From Candidatus Bathyarchaeota archaeon (GTDB lineage: Archaea; Thermoproteota; Bathyarchaeia; Bathyarchaeales; DTEX01), in contig JAGTQE010000002.1 of the NCBI GenBank assembly GCA_018396635.1, forward strand, positions 73,615 through 137,614: 64,000 nt of DNA. The letters run 5' to 3'. The position numbers and the translations under genes are program-made. Shown here in pieces: positions 10,327 through 19,217 of the stretch; the stretch's first letter is position 1, and every line of letters starts with the position of its first letter. The notes beneath the pieces were generated by a model that was given only the letters and a program-made list of their open reading frames with translations, was not told the origin of the DNA and did no database searches.

Positions 10327-11145
10327 TTATGGTTCTAGGGTGAAGTAGACGCGCTTATTCAGCCTACCCTTACTCTCGAACTTCAGCAGCCTTATCTGCC
10401 CAACCTCCCTAAGGTTTCTGACATGGGTTCCGCCATCAGCCTGCCTATCTACGCCGACAACCTCAACTATGCGCAGCCTAGGTATGTTTGGTGGGAAGGC
10501 CTCAGCCATCTTAACTACGCCCGGTATCTTTAGGGCTTCTTCCCTTGGCAGCTCATACCACTTAACCTCAATATCCTTCTTGAATAGCTCGTTGGCCTTC
10601 TCCATACACTTTATAATTATATCTCTGTCTAGGCGCTCCAGGCTGAAGTCGAAGCGGACCTTATCCTCCTCAATCTGATTTCCGGTCACAAGGGCGCCTG
10701 TCTCGTTGCAGACTAGTGATGCGAAGACGTGGGAGGCTGTGTGGCTGCGCATAAGCCTATATCGCCTATCCCAGTCTATTACACAGTGGACTTTGTCGCC
10801 TACCCTTAAGCCCTCCCTATCAACCTCATGCGATATCTCGTCGCCAATCTTAACAACATAAATAACATTGAAGACTTCTTCTCCACGCAATATTTTGCCC
10901 GTATCGTGGGGTTGACCACCACCCCTAGGGTAAAAGACTGTCTGATCTAAGACAACGTATCTGCCATCCGTAACCTTAACTACGGTCGCATCACATTCCT
11001 TGAGATAACTATCCTCTAAGTAGAGGGGCTTAGTCAAGATCAGATCACCAAGGAATATTTTAGAGAAGAGAGATTTATGCGTTAAATCGCCTACTTGGTG
11101 GCGGAGATCTAGATATGAGAGGGGAGAGGGCTTAACGTGAATCAT
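10327..11145 (-). CDS. alaX: Alanyl-tRNA editing protein AlaX (AlaX-M type)
   Basis: Has the HTASH zinc motif and a second motif QADGGTHV, which carries Asp where the family normally has CxxxH. N-terminal beta-barrel-like region. Length is 272 aa. Confidence 0.75.
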   Translation of the reverse strand: MIHVKPSPLSYLDLRHQVGDLTHKSLFSKIFLGDLILTKPLYLEDSYLKECDATVVKVTDGRYVVLDQTVFYPRGGGQPHDTGKILRGEEVFNVIYVVKIGDEISHEVDREGLRVGDKVHCVIDWDRRYRLMRSHTASHVFASLVCNETGALVTGNQIEEDKVRFDFSLERLDRDIIIKCMEKANELFKKDIEVKWYELPREEALKIPGVVKMAEAFPPNIPRLRIVEVVGVDRQADGGTHVRNLREVGQIRLLKFESKGRLNKRVYFTLEP

Positions 11146-11248
11146 ATGTGTAATTCACATTATTATTTAAAAACTACTGAGCATAATTACATAATATTTA
11201 AATATAAGATGTTAACAATAACTTAATACCTATCGTAAAGAGGTTATA

Positions 11249-12307
11249 GTGTTGCCCGACATAATTCTTGACATCCTTAAGAATGGAAGGATACAGAGGG
11301 TGCTAAGGGCCTTAAAGGACGGGGTCCTCAGCAGCATAGAACCCACAGTCAATTTTGATAGCGGAATTGACTACCCTTCCCTACATGGCTTCTTTGACTC
11401 CGTAGACGAGGCTAGCAGGTCCCTCCTAATGCTGTGCGAGGCTGGCCTGCTTACGTCTGAGGTCGTAGATAATGTTGCTGTCTGCCCCGTATGCCAATCC
11501 CATAGGCTCATGATTAGAATGCGCTGCCCATCATGCAGCTCATCTAAACTAACTAGGGGCGCGATGATTGAGCATCTGGCCTGCGGGCACATAGACTTCG
11601 AGGAGAGATTTAAGAGTGGGAATGGGCTTGTCTGTCCACGATGTGGTAAGCCCCTTGGCTCCATAGGATCGGACTACAGGACGTTTAGCTTCCTCTATAG
11701 ATGCCTGGCTTGTAGGGGTGTCTTCTCTAACCCGAAGGTTGAGTATTTATGTGGTAATGGGCATGTTTTCAGTGAGGGTGATCTTTCAATCCAAGCTATT
11801 AGGTTGTTTAGGCTTAATCCTAATAAAATCTCTCTGCTCGATCGTTTAATGCTTGATATTGAGGGGATATTTAAGCCGCTTAAGGATGAAGGCCTTATTA
11901 TTGAGTTTCCGGCTGAGGTTTATGGGGAGACTGGCATTAAACACGATTTCTCATTCGCAGTATGGGATAGTGTTGAGGGTAAGGGCAGTAAGCCCCCAAT
12001 GGTTGTTGGCTCTATACATGCATCTGATAGTGTTGTGACAGCTGTTGATGTTCTAGCCTTCTGGGCGAAGGCCCTTGACGCTAAGGCTAAGCATAAAATT
12101 ATAATAGCGCTCAGCGGCATTGATAAGGGTGGTAGAGAGCTAGCTAACACTTATGGCATAAAAATTATTGAGGGTAAGAGTTTATCTGAAGCCATGGCTA
12201 AGGCTAGGAGCATAATTGAGGAGACTACTGAGGCTACTGGGGTTGAGGAGCCTGTGCAGGGTGGCGGTGGGGTTGTGGAGAGAACAGTTTCAACCCATCT
12301 TGAATAG
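11249..12307 (+). CDS. Multi-zinc-ribbon protein with an N-terminal helical (possibly wHTH) region and a C-terminal alpha/beta domain; function unknown
   Basis: Cys clusters are CPVCQSHRLMIRMRCPSCSS, CGH..VCPRCGKPL and CLACRG..CGNGH. The C-terminal part (FSFAVWD..MVVGSIHASD..KIIIALSGIDKGGRELA) is reminiscent of a restriction-endonuclease-like fold. It lies directly upstream of the pilin operon. Confidence 0.5.
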   Translation: MLPDIILDILKNGRIQRVLRALKDGVLSSIEPTVNFDSGIDYPSLHGFFDSVDEASRSLLMLCEAGLLTSEVVDNVAVCPVCQSHRLMIRMRCPSCSSSKLTRGAMIEHLACGHIDFEERFKSGNGLVCPRCGKPLGSIGSDYRTFSFLYRCLACRGVFSNPKVEYLCGNGHVFSEGDLSIQAIRLFRLNPNKISLLDRLMLDIEGIFKPLKDEGLIIEFPAEVYGETGIKHDFSFAVWDSVEGKGSKPPMVVGSIHASDSVVTAVDVLAFWAKALDAKAKHKIIIALSGIDKGGRELANTYGIKIIEGKSLSEAMAKARSIIEETTEATGVEEPVQGGGGVVERTVSTHLE

Positions 12308-12408
12308 ATTATGGAGGTGAAGTATAGTCTAAAAATCTAGACTAAAAACCTTATATTATTTAAGTATGAAAAATATTTATGGTAATAATTTGAGGTGGAA
12401 GAGGAAAA

Positions 12409-12612
12409 TTGCGTAGGTCTTTTGCAAAGAACATTAAGGCAATCAGCCCAGTTATTGCGACGATAATAATCGTTGCAGTAGCCATAGTGATGTCAATAGC
12501 AATCGCATACTGGATGATGGGGCTAGCAACAACATTCACAAGATACGAAAAATTAGAATACACAGCAGCATACGCTGTCGCCGTGGTGGATGGAACGTCA
12601 GCCTTAGTTTAA
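12409..12612 (+). CDS. Archaeal type IV pilin, N-terminal part (class III signal peptide plus hydrophobic helix), terminated by a frameshift
   Basis: MRRSFAKNIKA/ISPVIATIIIVAVAIVMSIAIAYW is a DUF361-type prepilin leader and helix. GAGGTGG lies about 10 nt upstream of the TTG start. The ORF stops after only 67 codons. Confidence 0.8.
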   Translation: MRRSFAKNIKAISPVIATIIIVAVAIVMSIAIAYWMMGLATTFTRYEKLEYTAAYAVAVVDGTSALV

Positions 12613-12650
12613 GGAACTCTGGATCAGCAACAGCAACCGTAAACAACATT

Positions 12651-12890
12651 ATGATTAACGGTATTCCATACAAACAGATAAATATGACCGAAGAAAATAT
12701 CACTGTGACTGTGAATCCTGACGTGGCGGGAAACCCGCAATCTGTTAATCCTGGTGGTAGTATAGATATTACTATAACTATACCTGCAAAAGAGTATCAG
12801 GCTGGCAATTTTACTTCAGGTGTCAGCGTGGAAATAGTTGTCGTGACTGCTGCTGGTAATCAGTATCCTAAGACTATAGTGTTGCCCTGA
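12651..12890 (+). CDS. Archaeal type IV pilin, C-terminal globular part (frame -1 relative to 12409-12612)
   Basis: This frame is open upstream of the listed Met back to about nt 12435. From about 12588 it reads GWNVSLSLRNSGSATATVNNIMINGIPY.., the typical beta-sandwich start of DUF361 pilins. There is no start or SD of its own. Confidence 0.7.
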   Translation: MINGIPYKQINMTEENITVTVNPDVAGNPQSVNPGGSIDITITIPAKEYQAGNFTSGVSVEIVVVTAAGNQYPKTIVLP

Positions 12891-12937
12891 GATCGGCTGA
12901 GACCGCTTGGGCTGACTTAGATAAATTCCCCCTTTTT

Positions 12938-14575
12938 ATGTGTAATGTTTGTTGGGGTGATTTGATGGGCGTTAAGAAGAGTGGGGAGGATAGTGGGCGG
13001 AGGGCCAGATTCACGCTCAGTAAACTGTTCGAGAAGAAGTTTACCCCCCCACCTCCAGTTGCAGTCTTCTCAAAGATCCCCGAGAATGCTATAATAATAG
13101 AGTCATATGTGATCCATAATCCCTTCTCTAAGGTGACAATAGCATCACTACCCGACCTCGGAGGGGAGAAAGCCTACTTTATCGAGGAGGTTGAATTATC
13201 CCCCGAGGAGCACGCAATTCTAAGCAGGCTCTCTGATATAGTTAGCGTTGAGATCGAGCCCCCTCCAGAAGAGATTGTTGACCCATACAAGTATGTTGAG
13301 GGCGAGGCGGAGAGACTTGCCAGAAAATATGGCTTAACTAAGCAGGTCAAACGCCTAGGCGAGGAGTCCTGGCGTAAAATCCTATATTATCTCCAGAGGG
13401 ACCTTATAGGCTTCGGCCCACTACACGTTATAATGAGCGACAGAATGATTGAGGACATATCCGTTAACGGCGTGAATGTGCCGGTATACGTCTGGCACAG
13501 AAAATATGAGAGCATGCCAACAAACCTAAAGATAATCGACGAGAAGACATTAGACAACCTCCTAATAAAGCTCACACATATAGCCCAGAAGCACATATCG
13601 ACAGCATTCCCAATACTGGACGCAATGCTCCCAACAAAGGATAGGCTTGCCGCAACATTCAGATACGAAGTCTCACCTAAGGGAAGCACATTCTGCATAA
13701 GGAGATTCAGGGAGGAACCATTCTCAGTAATAGACCTAATAGAGCTCGGAACAATGGATGAAATGCTCGCAGCATACTTCTGGCTACTAATAGAGAACAG
13801 GATGACAATGATGGTTATAGGGGGAACAGGAGCCGGAAAAACATCAACACTAAATGCTCTAGCAAGCCTAGTAAAACCATCAATGAAGATAGTCACAGTG
13901 GAAGAGATACCTGAGCTAATGTTCCCGCACGAGAACTGGGTCCAGCTAGTCAGCAGGGCAAGCTACGGGCTGGGCACATCGAGAACAGGCGAGATAAGCC
14001 TATTCGACCTGGTCAAAGTCTCCCTAAGATATAGGCCAGACTACATTATAGTTGGCGAGGTTAGAGGCGAGGAGGCATTCGTACTATTCCAAGCAATGGC
14101 CACCGGACACGGAGGCCTAACAACAATCCACGCCGAAAGCCTAGAGCACGCAGTTAAAAGGCTAACAAGCCCGCCGATGAACGTGGCTGAAAGCTACATA
14201 CCCCTTGTCAACACAGCCATAGTTCAGGAGAGGGTTCAGCTGCCAAGGCCCAGGATGGGGCTAACCTTCGGAAGGAGGATACGTGAAGTCCACGAGATCG
14301 TAGACTACGGCAGATACGAGATGATATCTTCATGGAACCCATTAACAGACACATTCACATACAACTTCAGGAAGAGTGAGATGCTCAGGAGAATAGCCAT
14401 AAAGTACGGTGTGAGCATGGAGAGCGTCCTAGAGGAGCTAACCAGAAGAGCTCTGCTCTTCAGGGATCTGCTAATTCGTGGAGTGAGGAGCAATGTGGAT
14501 ATTAGGGCGGAAATATCTAGATACCGCCTACTAAACCCGTTCCCAATAGTAGCTATGCAGAGGAGGATTGCTTAA
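12938..14575 (+). CDS. Type IV pilus assembly ATPase (PilB/ArlI/VirB11 superfamily)
   Basis: Walker A GGTGAGKTST, Walker B/Asp box DYIIVGEVRGEEA, His box GHGGLTTIHA. The probable start is the ATG at 12965. Confidence 0.9.
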   Translation: MCNVCWGDLMGVKKSGEDSGRRARFTLSKLFEKKFTPPPPVAVFSKIPENAIIIESYVIHNPFSKVTIASLPDLGGEKAYFIEEVELSPEEHAILSRLSDIVSVEIEPPPEEIVDPYKYVEGEAERLARKYGLTKQVKRLGEESWRKILYYLQRDLIGFGPLHVIMSDRMIEDISVNGVNVPVYVWHRKYESMPTNLKIIDEKTLDNLLIKLTHIAQKHISTAFPILDAMLPTKDRLAATFRYEVSPKGSTFCIRRFREEPFSVIDLIELGTMDEMLAAYFWLLIENRMTMMVIGGTGAGKTSTLNALASLVKPSMKIVTVEEIPELMFPHENWVQLVSRASYGLGTSRTGEISLFDLVKVSLRYRPDYIIVGEVRGEEAFVLFQAMATGHGGLTTIHAESLEHAVKRLTSPPMNVAESYIPLVNTAIVQERVQLPRPRMGLTFGRRIREVHEIVDYGRYEMISSWNPLTDTFTYNFRKSEMLRRIAIKYGVSMESVLEELTRRALLFRDLLIRGVRSNVDIRAEISRYRLLNPFPIVAMQRRIA

Positions 14576-14577
14576 AC

Positions 14578-16329
14578 ATGGCGTCCCTCACCGGCCTAGC
14601 CTACCAAGGCTTCTGGTGGCTATCAAACATTTTAATGAAAGTATTCTATGGCGGGGATTCATCCAAGCTTAGAGATACGCTCGAGGCTGCTGGGATAAGA
14701 ATATATCCAGAAGCTTACATGTCGATAGTCAGCCTCCTTCTAATAGTGTCTGCGGCCACATCAGCAGTTCTGACCTGGCTCACAGGCTTCTACCCAATAG
14801 TAGCCGCCCCACTAATAGTTCTCCTAATCGGATATGCCCTGCCAAGCATAAAAGCCCAGGATAGGGCGTCAAAGCTGGATATGGAGGCACCTTTCATGGC
14901 TGCCTACGTGAGCGTCATGGCCACAGGAGGCCTCTCACCATACTCAAGCCTCAAGAGGCTTAAGGGCTGCGTCCTCCTCCCACACACGGCTAAAACTGCA
15001 AAGCAGATTGAGGTCGACGTATACCTGAAGGGTATGGATCCCATAGCCGCAATAGAGAAGTCCGCTGAGAGGGCCCCATCAAAAGAGTACAAGGAGTTCC
15101 TCATGGGATACGTTTACACACTCAGGGCTGGTGGGGACGTGGTCCACTACCTCCTAACAAGGACTGAAATGATGTTTAGGGATCTTGCGGCGAAGGTAAG
15201 GATATTTGGGGAGCGGGCTGCAATGCTCCTAGAATCATATGTTGCTGTGATGATCCTGGGAACGCTGGGCATAAGTATAGTATATTTGACGTCAATAGCC
15301 TTCCAGGGCTACTGGCAGGGAGGCTTCACAGCCGAGAACTTCCTGCTATACTCATATATCCTTGTGCCAGTCATATCAATCCTCTTCCTATACCTATCCG
15401 ATCTATCCAGCTTCCAGGAGCCAATATATGAGACCATGCCATACAAGGTGTTTATGGCATCAATGCCAATCATGCTCTTCCTAATCTTCACAATGTTCTT
15501 TCCATACCTTATGCCTGAGCTCGCCCTAATACCCCTAATAAGCCAATTCAAAGACTTCCTAACATCCCTAAGAATAATGCTCGGCCTAGAGCGGGGGATT
15601 GAGCCATCACTAGGCATGGGTATAGCCCTAATAGCCGGAACTGTTCCGGCAGCAGTAACCCACAGCTACTATGAGAGCCGTAGGGGTAAAAAGATAGTTG
15701 GCGAGGTAACAAACTTCCTCAGAGACATGACTGAAGCCAGAAAGACTGGAGCCTCACCTGAAGCATGCATAATCCAGCTATCATCTAGGCCATATGGAGC
15801 CTTCAGCAAACATCTGGGGATAGTTGCTAGGCAGATAAGGTGGGGTCAGCCGATAAGGGTTATATATGAGACGCTGAAGAGGAGGATAAGCTCCTGGTTT
15901 GCATTAATCAACCTCTATCTTCTAGTTGACGCCATAGAGATTGGCGGAGGCAACCCTGAAACGCTTGAGACCATGGCTAGGTTTGGCGAGATGCAAGCAT
16001 CCCTCGAGAAAGAGAAGATGTCCGCCCTCCGCCCGCTGATAATAATGCCATACATAGGCACGGCGCTAATGGTCTTCTCAACACTTGTGACAATAAACTT
16101 CATGTACTCAGCGGTCATGACGATAGGGCGCGTATCAATACCGATCACGCAAATACTGGCGACAATAGTTCCGGGCCTAGTCTTCCAGTCATATTTAATG
16201 GGTATAGTAACCGGCAAGATCAGTACTGGAAACGTTTCAGCTGGATTTAGGCATGCAATAATACTCGCCCTAATCGCCATGCTCTCAATGGTCTTCATGC
16301 GCTTCTTCGGCATGTTCCTACAATTATAA
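14578..16329 (+). CDS. Type IV pilus platform membrane protein (TadC/ArlJ, T2SS-F family)
   Basis: 583-aa polytopic membrane protein with two cytoplasmic T2SSF-like domains separated by TM bundles. The start is 2 nt after the ATPase stop. Confidence 0.85.
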   Translation: MASLTGLAYQGFWWLSNILMKVFYGGDSSKLRDTLEAAGIRIYPEAYMSIVSLLLIVSAATSAVLTWLTGFYPIVAAPLIVLLIGYALPSIKAQDRASKLDMEAPFMAAYVSVMATGGLSPYSSLKRLKGCVLLPHTAKTAKQIEVDVYLKGMDPIAAIEKSAERAPSKEYKEFLMGYVYTLRAGGDVVHYLLTRTEMMFRDLAAKVRIFGERAAMLLESYVAVMILGTLGISIVYLTSIAFQGYWQGGFTAENFLLYSYILVPVISILFLYLSDLSSFQEPIYETMPYKVFMASMPIMLFLIFTMFFPYLMPELALIPLISQFKDFLTSLRIMLGLERGIEPSLGMGIALIAGTVPAAVTHSYYESRRGKKIVGEVTNFLRDMTEARKTGASPEACIIQLSSRPYGAFSKHLGIVARQIRWGQPIRVIYETLKRRISSWFALINLYLLVDAIEIGGGNPETLETMARFGEMQASLEKEKMSALRPLIIMPYIGTALMVFSTLVTINFMYSAVMTIGRVSIPITQILATIVPGLVFQSYLMGIVTGKISTGNVSAGFRHAIILALIAMLSMVFMRFFGMFLQL

Positions 16330-16343
16330 TCGGCGAAAGGTAA

Positions 16344-17072
16344 GTGGCAGTTATGGAGAAGAGAGGGGTCTCACCAGTTATATCGACAGTGATCATAACG
16401 GCAATACTGCTTATAATACTTATAATAGCATCACTCCTGGCGACAAGCCTACTAGAAATCCAGATGCAGAACTCTGAGTTCGAGCAGGCTAAGACAACAA
16501 TGCTCCTGCTAGACAAGATCATAATGGATGTGTCACTAAGACCCGGAGCCGCAAGCTCAGTCCAATTCAACCAGAGGAGCGGGGGAATAGGCATGTACGA
16601 GAGCGAGCCAATCAACATAAAGATCGAAGACGCCTCAAAATCAGAGATTATCCCAATAAACTCTTACGTGATTAAGTATCGTGGGGGGAGTATGGTTTCA
16701 GCTGCAGAAGCAAATCTAACCAATCCAGGCGGACTAATAGTCGACATGTCTAAGCCCTTAGGACATGTTCGAATAGAGTCTGGAAACGGCGCATGGATAA
16801 TATTAGACTACAATAGAGTGCGTATCACCGTGAATAAGGAGCTTAGAACAATGGACATTTACTTGATCCGTTTAGAGAGAGGAACATTCGGCGGCTCCGG
16901 GACCGTGAATGTTAGAGTTCAAAACAAGGGAATAAATGTGAAATCAATAACGCTTAGCGAAAGCAGCCTAACGGTTCGCGTGGAAGTTGGCGGTATAAGC
17001 GAGGAGCAATTTTACTCAGGGATATCTGTTGTTAGGGTGATAGAGGTCACCATAATGGTCTCTGTGACTTGA
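16344..17072 (+). CDS. Pilin-like protein with a canonical class III signal peptide (DUF361 N-terminus)
   Basis: The N-terminus reads MAVMEKRG/VSPVISTVIITAILLIILIIASLL, followed by a 200-aa beta-rich domain. Confidence 0.75.
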   Translation: MAVMEKRGVSPVISTVIITAILLIILIIASLLATSLLEIQMQNSEFEQAKTTMLLLDKIIMDVSLRPGAASSVQFNQRSGGIGMYESEPINIKIEDASKSEIIPINSYVIKYRGGSMVSAAEANLTNPGGLIVDMSKPLGHVRIESGNGAWIILDYNRVRITVNKELRTMDIYLIRLERGTFGGSGTVNVRVQNKGINVKSITLSESSLTVRVEVGGISEEQFYSGISVVRVIEVTIMVSVT

Positions 17073-17073
17073 G

Positions 17074-17613
17074 GTGCTGAATGTGGTTCACATATCAATA
17101 CAGCATATTATTGGAACAGTTGCGCTAATAGGCTTGGCCATATCCCTCGCCCTAGCCTACCAGATAGTAGTTGGATATGTTGAAGAGAACGTTATCAGAA
17201 CGCAGCTAAGCCAGACTGCGGAGTACGTCTCAATGAGCATTTCACACATAATAAACCTAATGGACTTCACATATGGCATGTTTAAGGAATATGTAACCGT
17301 TTCAAAGAGCCTGAACCTTCCATCAGATCTGAGCGGAAAAGCCTACATTATAAGACTTGTAAATGAGAGCGGTATTCTATATGTTAGGGTAGAGATTCCG
17401 GGAAGAAGCAGCCTCTATGCCAAATCATCTATACCGGTTAACCCAGCGTCAAACATAAGTATAGTTACGGACGAGAATTTTACTCCAAACGATTCCACTA
17501 TCGAGCCAAAAGAGTATGTTTATGGAGGTAATCCGAATGTTGTCGTTTGGTGCGAGATTAGAAAGGGAGTGCTTTATATTGGCCTAGGCTTAAGGAGGCT
17601 TAGTGGAGAATGA
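17074..17613 (+). CDS. Pilin-like or minor pilus subunit candidate (N-terminal hydrophobic helix, non-canonical leader)
   Basis: The N-terminus reads ..QHIIG/TVALIGLAISLALAYQIVVGY. The start is 1 nt after the preceding stop (GTG), with in-operon coupling. Confidence 0.55.
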   Translation: MLNVVHISIQHIIGTVALIGLAISLALAYQIVVGYVEENVIRTQLSQTAEYVSMSISHIINLMDFTYGMFKEYVTVSKSLNLPSDLSGKAYIIRLVNESGILYVRVEIPGRSSLYAKSSIPVNPASNISIVTDENFTPNDSTIEPKEYVYGGNPNVVVWCEIRKGVLYIGLGLRRLSGE

Positions 17614-18656
17614 AGACTTACGAGTATATTTTTGCGGCAATTATAATGGTTGCAATACTGCTGGCCGCTGTCTTCCTAACCAGCATATCAGCACCACTCT
17701 ATAGGAGCACCTCCGATGTGGAGCAGTTAAAGATGACCGCGCAGAAGGTAATGGCGCAGATACTCCTAAGCCCAGGTAAACCGGAAGACTGGGGTGAGAA
17801 CATTACTTTAAGGGCTTCAGACCTATCATCTTTCGGCTTAGCGGTAAGCACGGTCTTCACCCGCGAGGCATTTGTCCTGGACCCTGATAAAGTTCAGAGA
17901 CTAAGCCAGACTCTGCCCAAAAGTCTCTCTATACTGCCGGAAAGGATTCTAGAGTTGCTGAGCCTAGGCTCTAAAAAAACTGGCTTTGAATATGGTATAA
18001 GAATAGAATTTATTCCAGCATTAAATATAATGATGAATCTGAGCTTAGATAGAAAAGTTAATGTTATCGTTATCTCGGAACAGGGTATGCCGGCTAAGGG
18101 TGCTAAAGTGACTGTTGGGGCGGTCTTTCCTTTTAATAATGAGGTTCTCTTAGAGCGGGCTTATGGCTCTACTGACGAAAACGGGCGCTGCACCCTAGAC
18201 TTAACCTTCTCGAGTCCAGCGCTCCTAATCGCTGCTGTAGATTATTACGGTGTACAAGGGGTTGCGGTGAAGGCTGTTGGCGCCAACACAAATGCCTACT
18301 TTATTGGCAGCTTCCTTCTATCATCCTCTCTTATATCCAGAGAGGAAGCCTACCAAATATTTCTCACAAAGCTTCCAAGTGGAACGATTAATGTAGGATG
18401 CGTACGCTATGAGTTAACCTACAATAATGAGGAGATTAACGGCTACTATGCGTATGAGATGAATGGCACAGAACCGCATACTGTCGCCGTGGTGGCGGTG
18501 GCTGATGGTGGCCTTATAGCGGCTTGGAAGATTGTCCCCGAGAGCTTCGGCCCCTCAGCTAAAGAGATACCTTTAGCCTACATGGTTGAACGGAGCGTTA
18601 AGATTGGGTTCTCCTCATACACGGTTAGATTATGGGTGTGGAGGATGTCGTGGTGA
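17610..18656 (+). CDS. Pilus-associated protein with an N-terminal hydrophobic helix
   Basis: The N-terminus reads MKTYEYIFAAIIMVAILLAAVFL. An ATGA start/stop overlap links it to the upstream gene. Length is 348 aa. Confidence 0.55.
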   Translation: MKTYEYIFAAIIMVAILLAAVFLTSISAPLYRSTSDVEQLKMTAQKVMAQILLSPGKPEDWGENITLRASDLSSFGLAVSTVFTREAFVLDPDKVQRLSQTLPKSLSILPERILELLSLGSKKTGFEYGIRIEFIPALNIMMNLSLDRKVNVIVISEQGMPAKGAKVTVGAVFPFNNEVLLERAYGSTDENGRCTLDLTFSSPALLIAAVDYYGVQGVAVKAVGANTNAYFIGSFLLSSSLISREEAYQIFLTKLPSGTINVGCVRYELTYNNEEINGYYAYEMNGTEPHTVAVVAVADGGLIAAWKIVPESFGPSAKEIPLAYMVERSVKIGFSSYTVRLWVWRMSW

Positions 18657-19123
18657 TGGGCTACTCAAGTTTTGGGCAGATGAGAATAATTGAGGCCGTT
18701 ATAGCGGCCACACTAATGTTCATAGTCTTCACAGCGGCTTTCTTCATGCTCTTCTCCTCAGAGAAATTCTTTAGGCAGGAGGCTATTGACTTAAACAGGC
18801 TAGCGTATAACGTCCTGCATCGTCTAGCCGAGTCAGGTGTGATTGAGACCGCTATTGATAAAAGCCAGAGCGCCATGTTGGCCAGCGCCCTCCAGAGCCT
18901 GCTGCCCCAAAACGTATACTTCAACCTGACAATTTATGAGAGGGATGGATCCGGCCAGGGATGGATCCCGGTTAATTTAGATGGGAAACCTTACGTCTCA
19001 AACGCCTCCGGAGGAGTTTTTGAGAGGTTAAGTGAGGTTGCCTCAGCCAGCATAACCTATACGTCGAAGAATGGTAAAATATATTATTTGAGTTTAGTTC
19101 TCACGAGGGCTGGGATTACATGA
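18632..19123 (+). CDS. Pilin-like protein (G/Q prepilin-like site)
   Basis: The probable start is the ATG at 18656, which overlaps the upstream TGA. The N-terminus reads MGYSSFG/QMRIIEAVIAATLMFIVFTAAFFML. Confidence 0.6.
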   Translation: MGVEDVVVMGYSSFGQMRIIEAVIAATLMFIVFTAAFFMLFSSEKFFRQEAIDLNRLAYNVLHRLAESGVIETAIDKSQSAMLASALQSLLPQNVYFNLTIYERDGSGQGWIPVNLDGKPYVSNASGGVFERLSEVASASITYTSKNGKIYYLSLVLTRAGIT

Positions 19124-19217
19124 GTTTCCAGCTTAATCTATATTATTATATTACTGGACCACAAAGAATATATACAATGACAGATATAACATATAACAGC
19201 ATAATAGAGTCTTCGAG

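Noticed and set aside
12360-12563. 67-aa minus-strand ORF overlapping the pilin start
   Set aside because: It is the mirror image of the hydrophobic pilin helix, with antisense Ile/Ala/Val codons. The + strand reading has a textbook class III signal peptide and an SD.
13387-13896. 169-aa minus-strand ORF inside the pilus ATPase gene. Similar long antisense ORFs occur at 7329-7778, 15915-16313, 19628-20119, 41990-42409, 55914-56309 and 61450-61806.
   Set aside because: All lie fully antisense to ORFs with strong family motifs. They are Ser/Leu/Pro/Ile-rich with no motifs, and none has an SD or its own intergenic space. They are typical antisense shadows.
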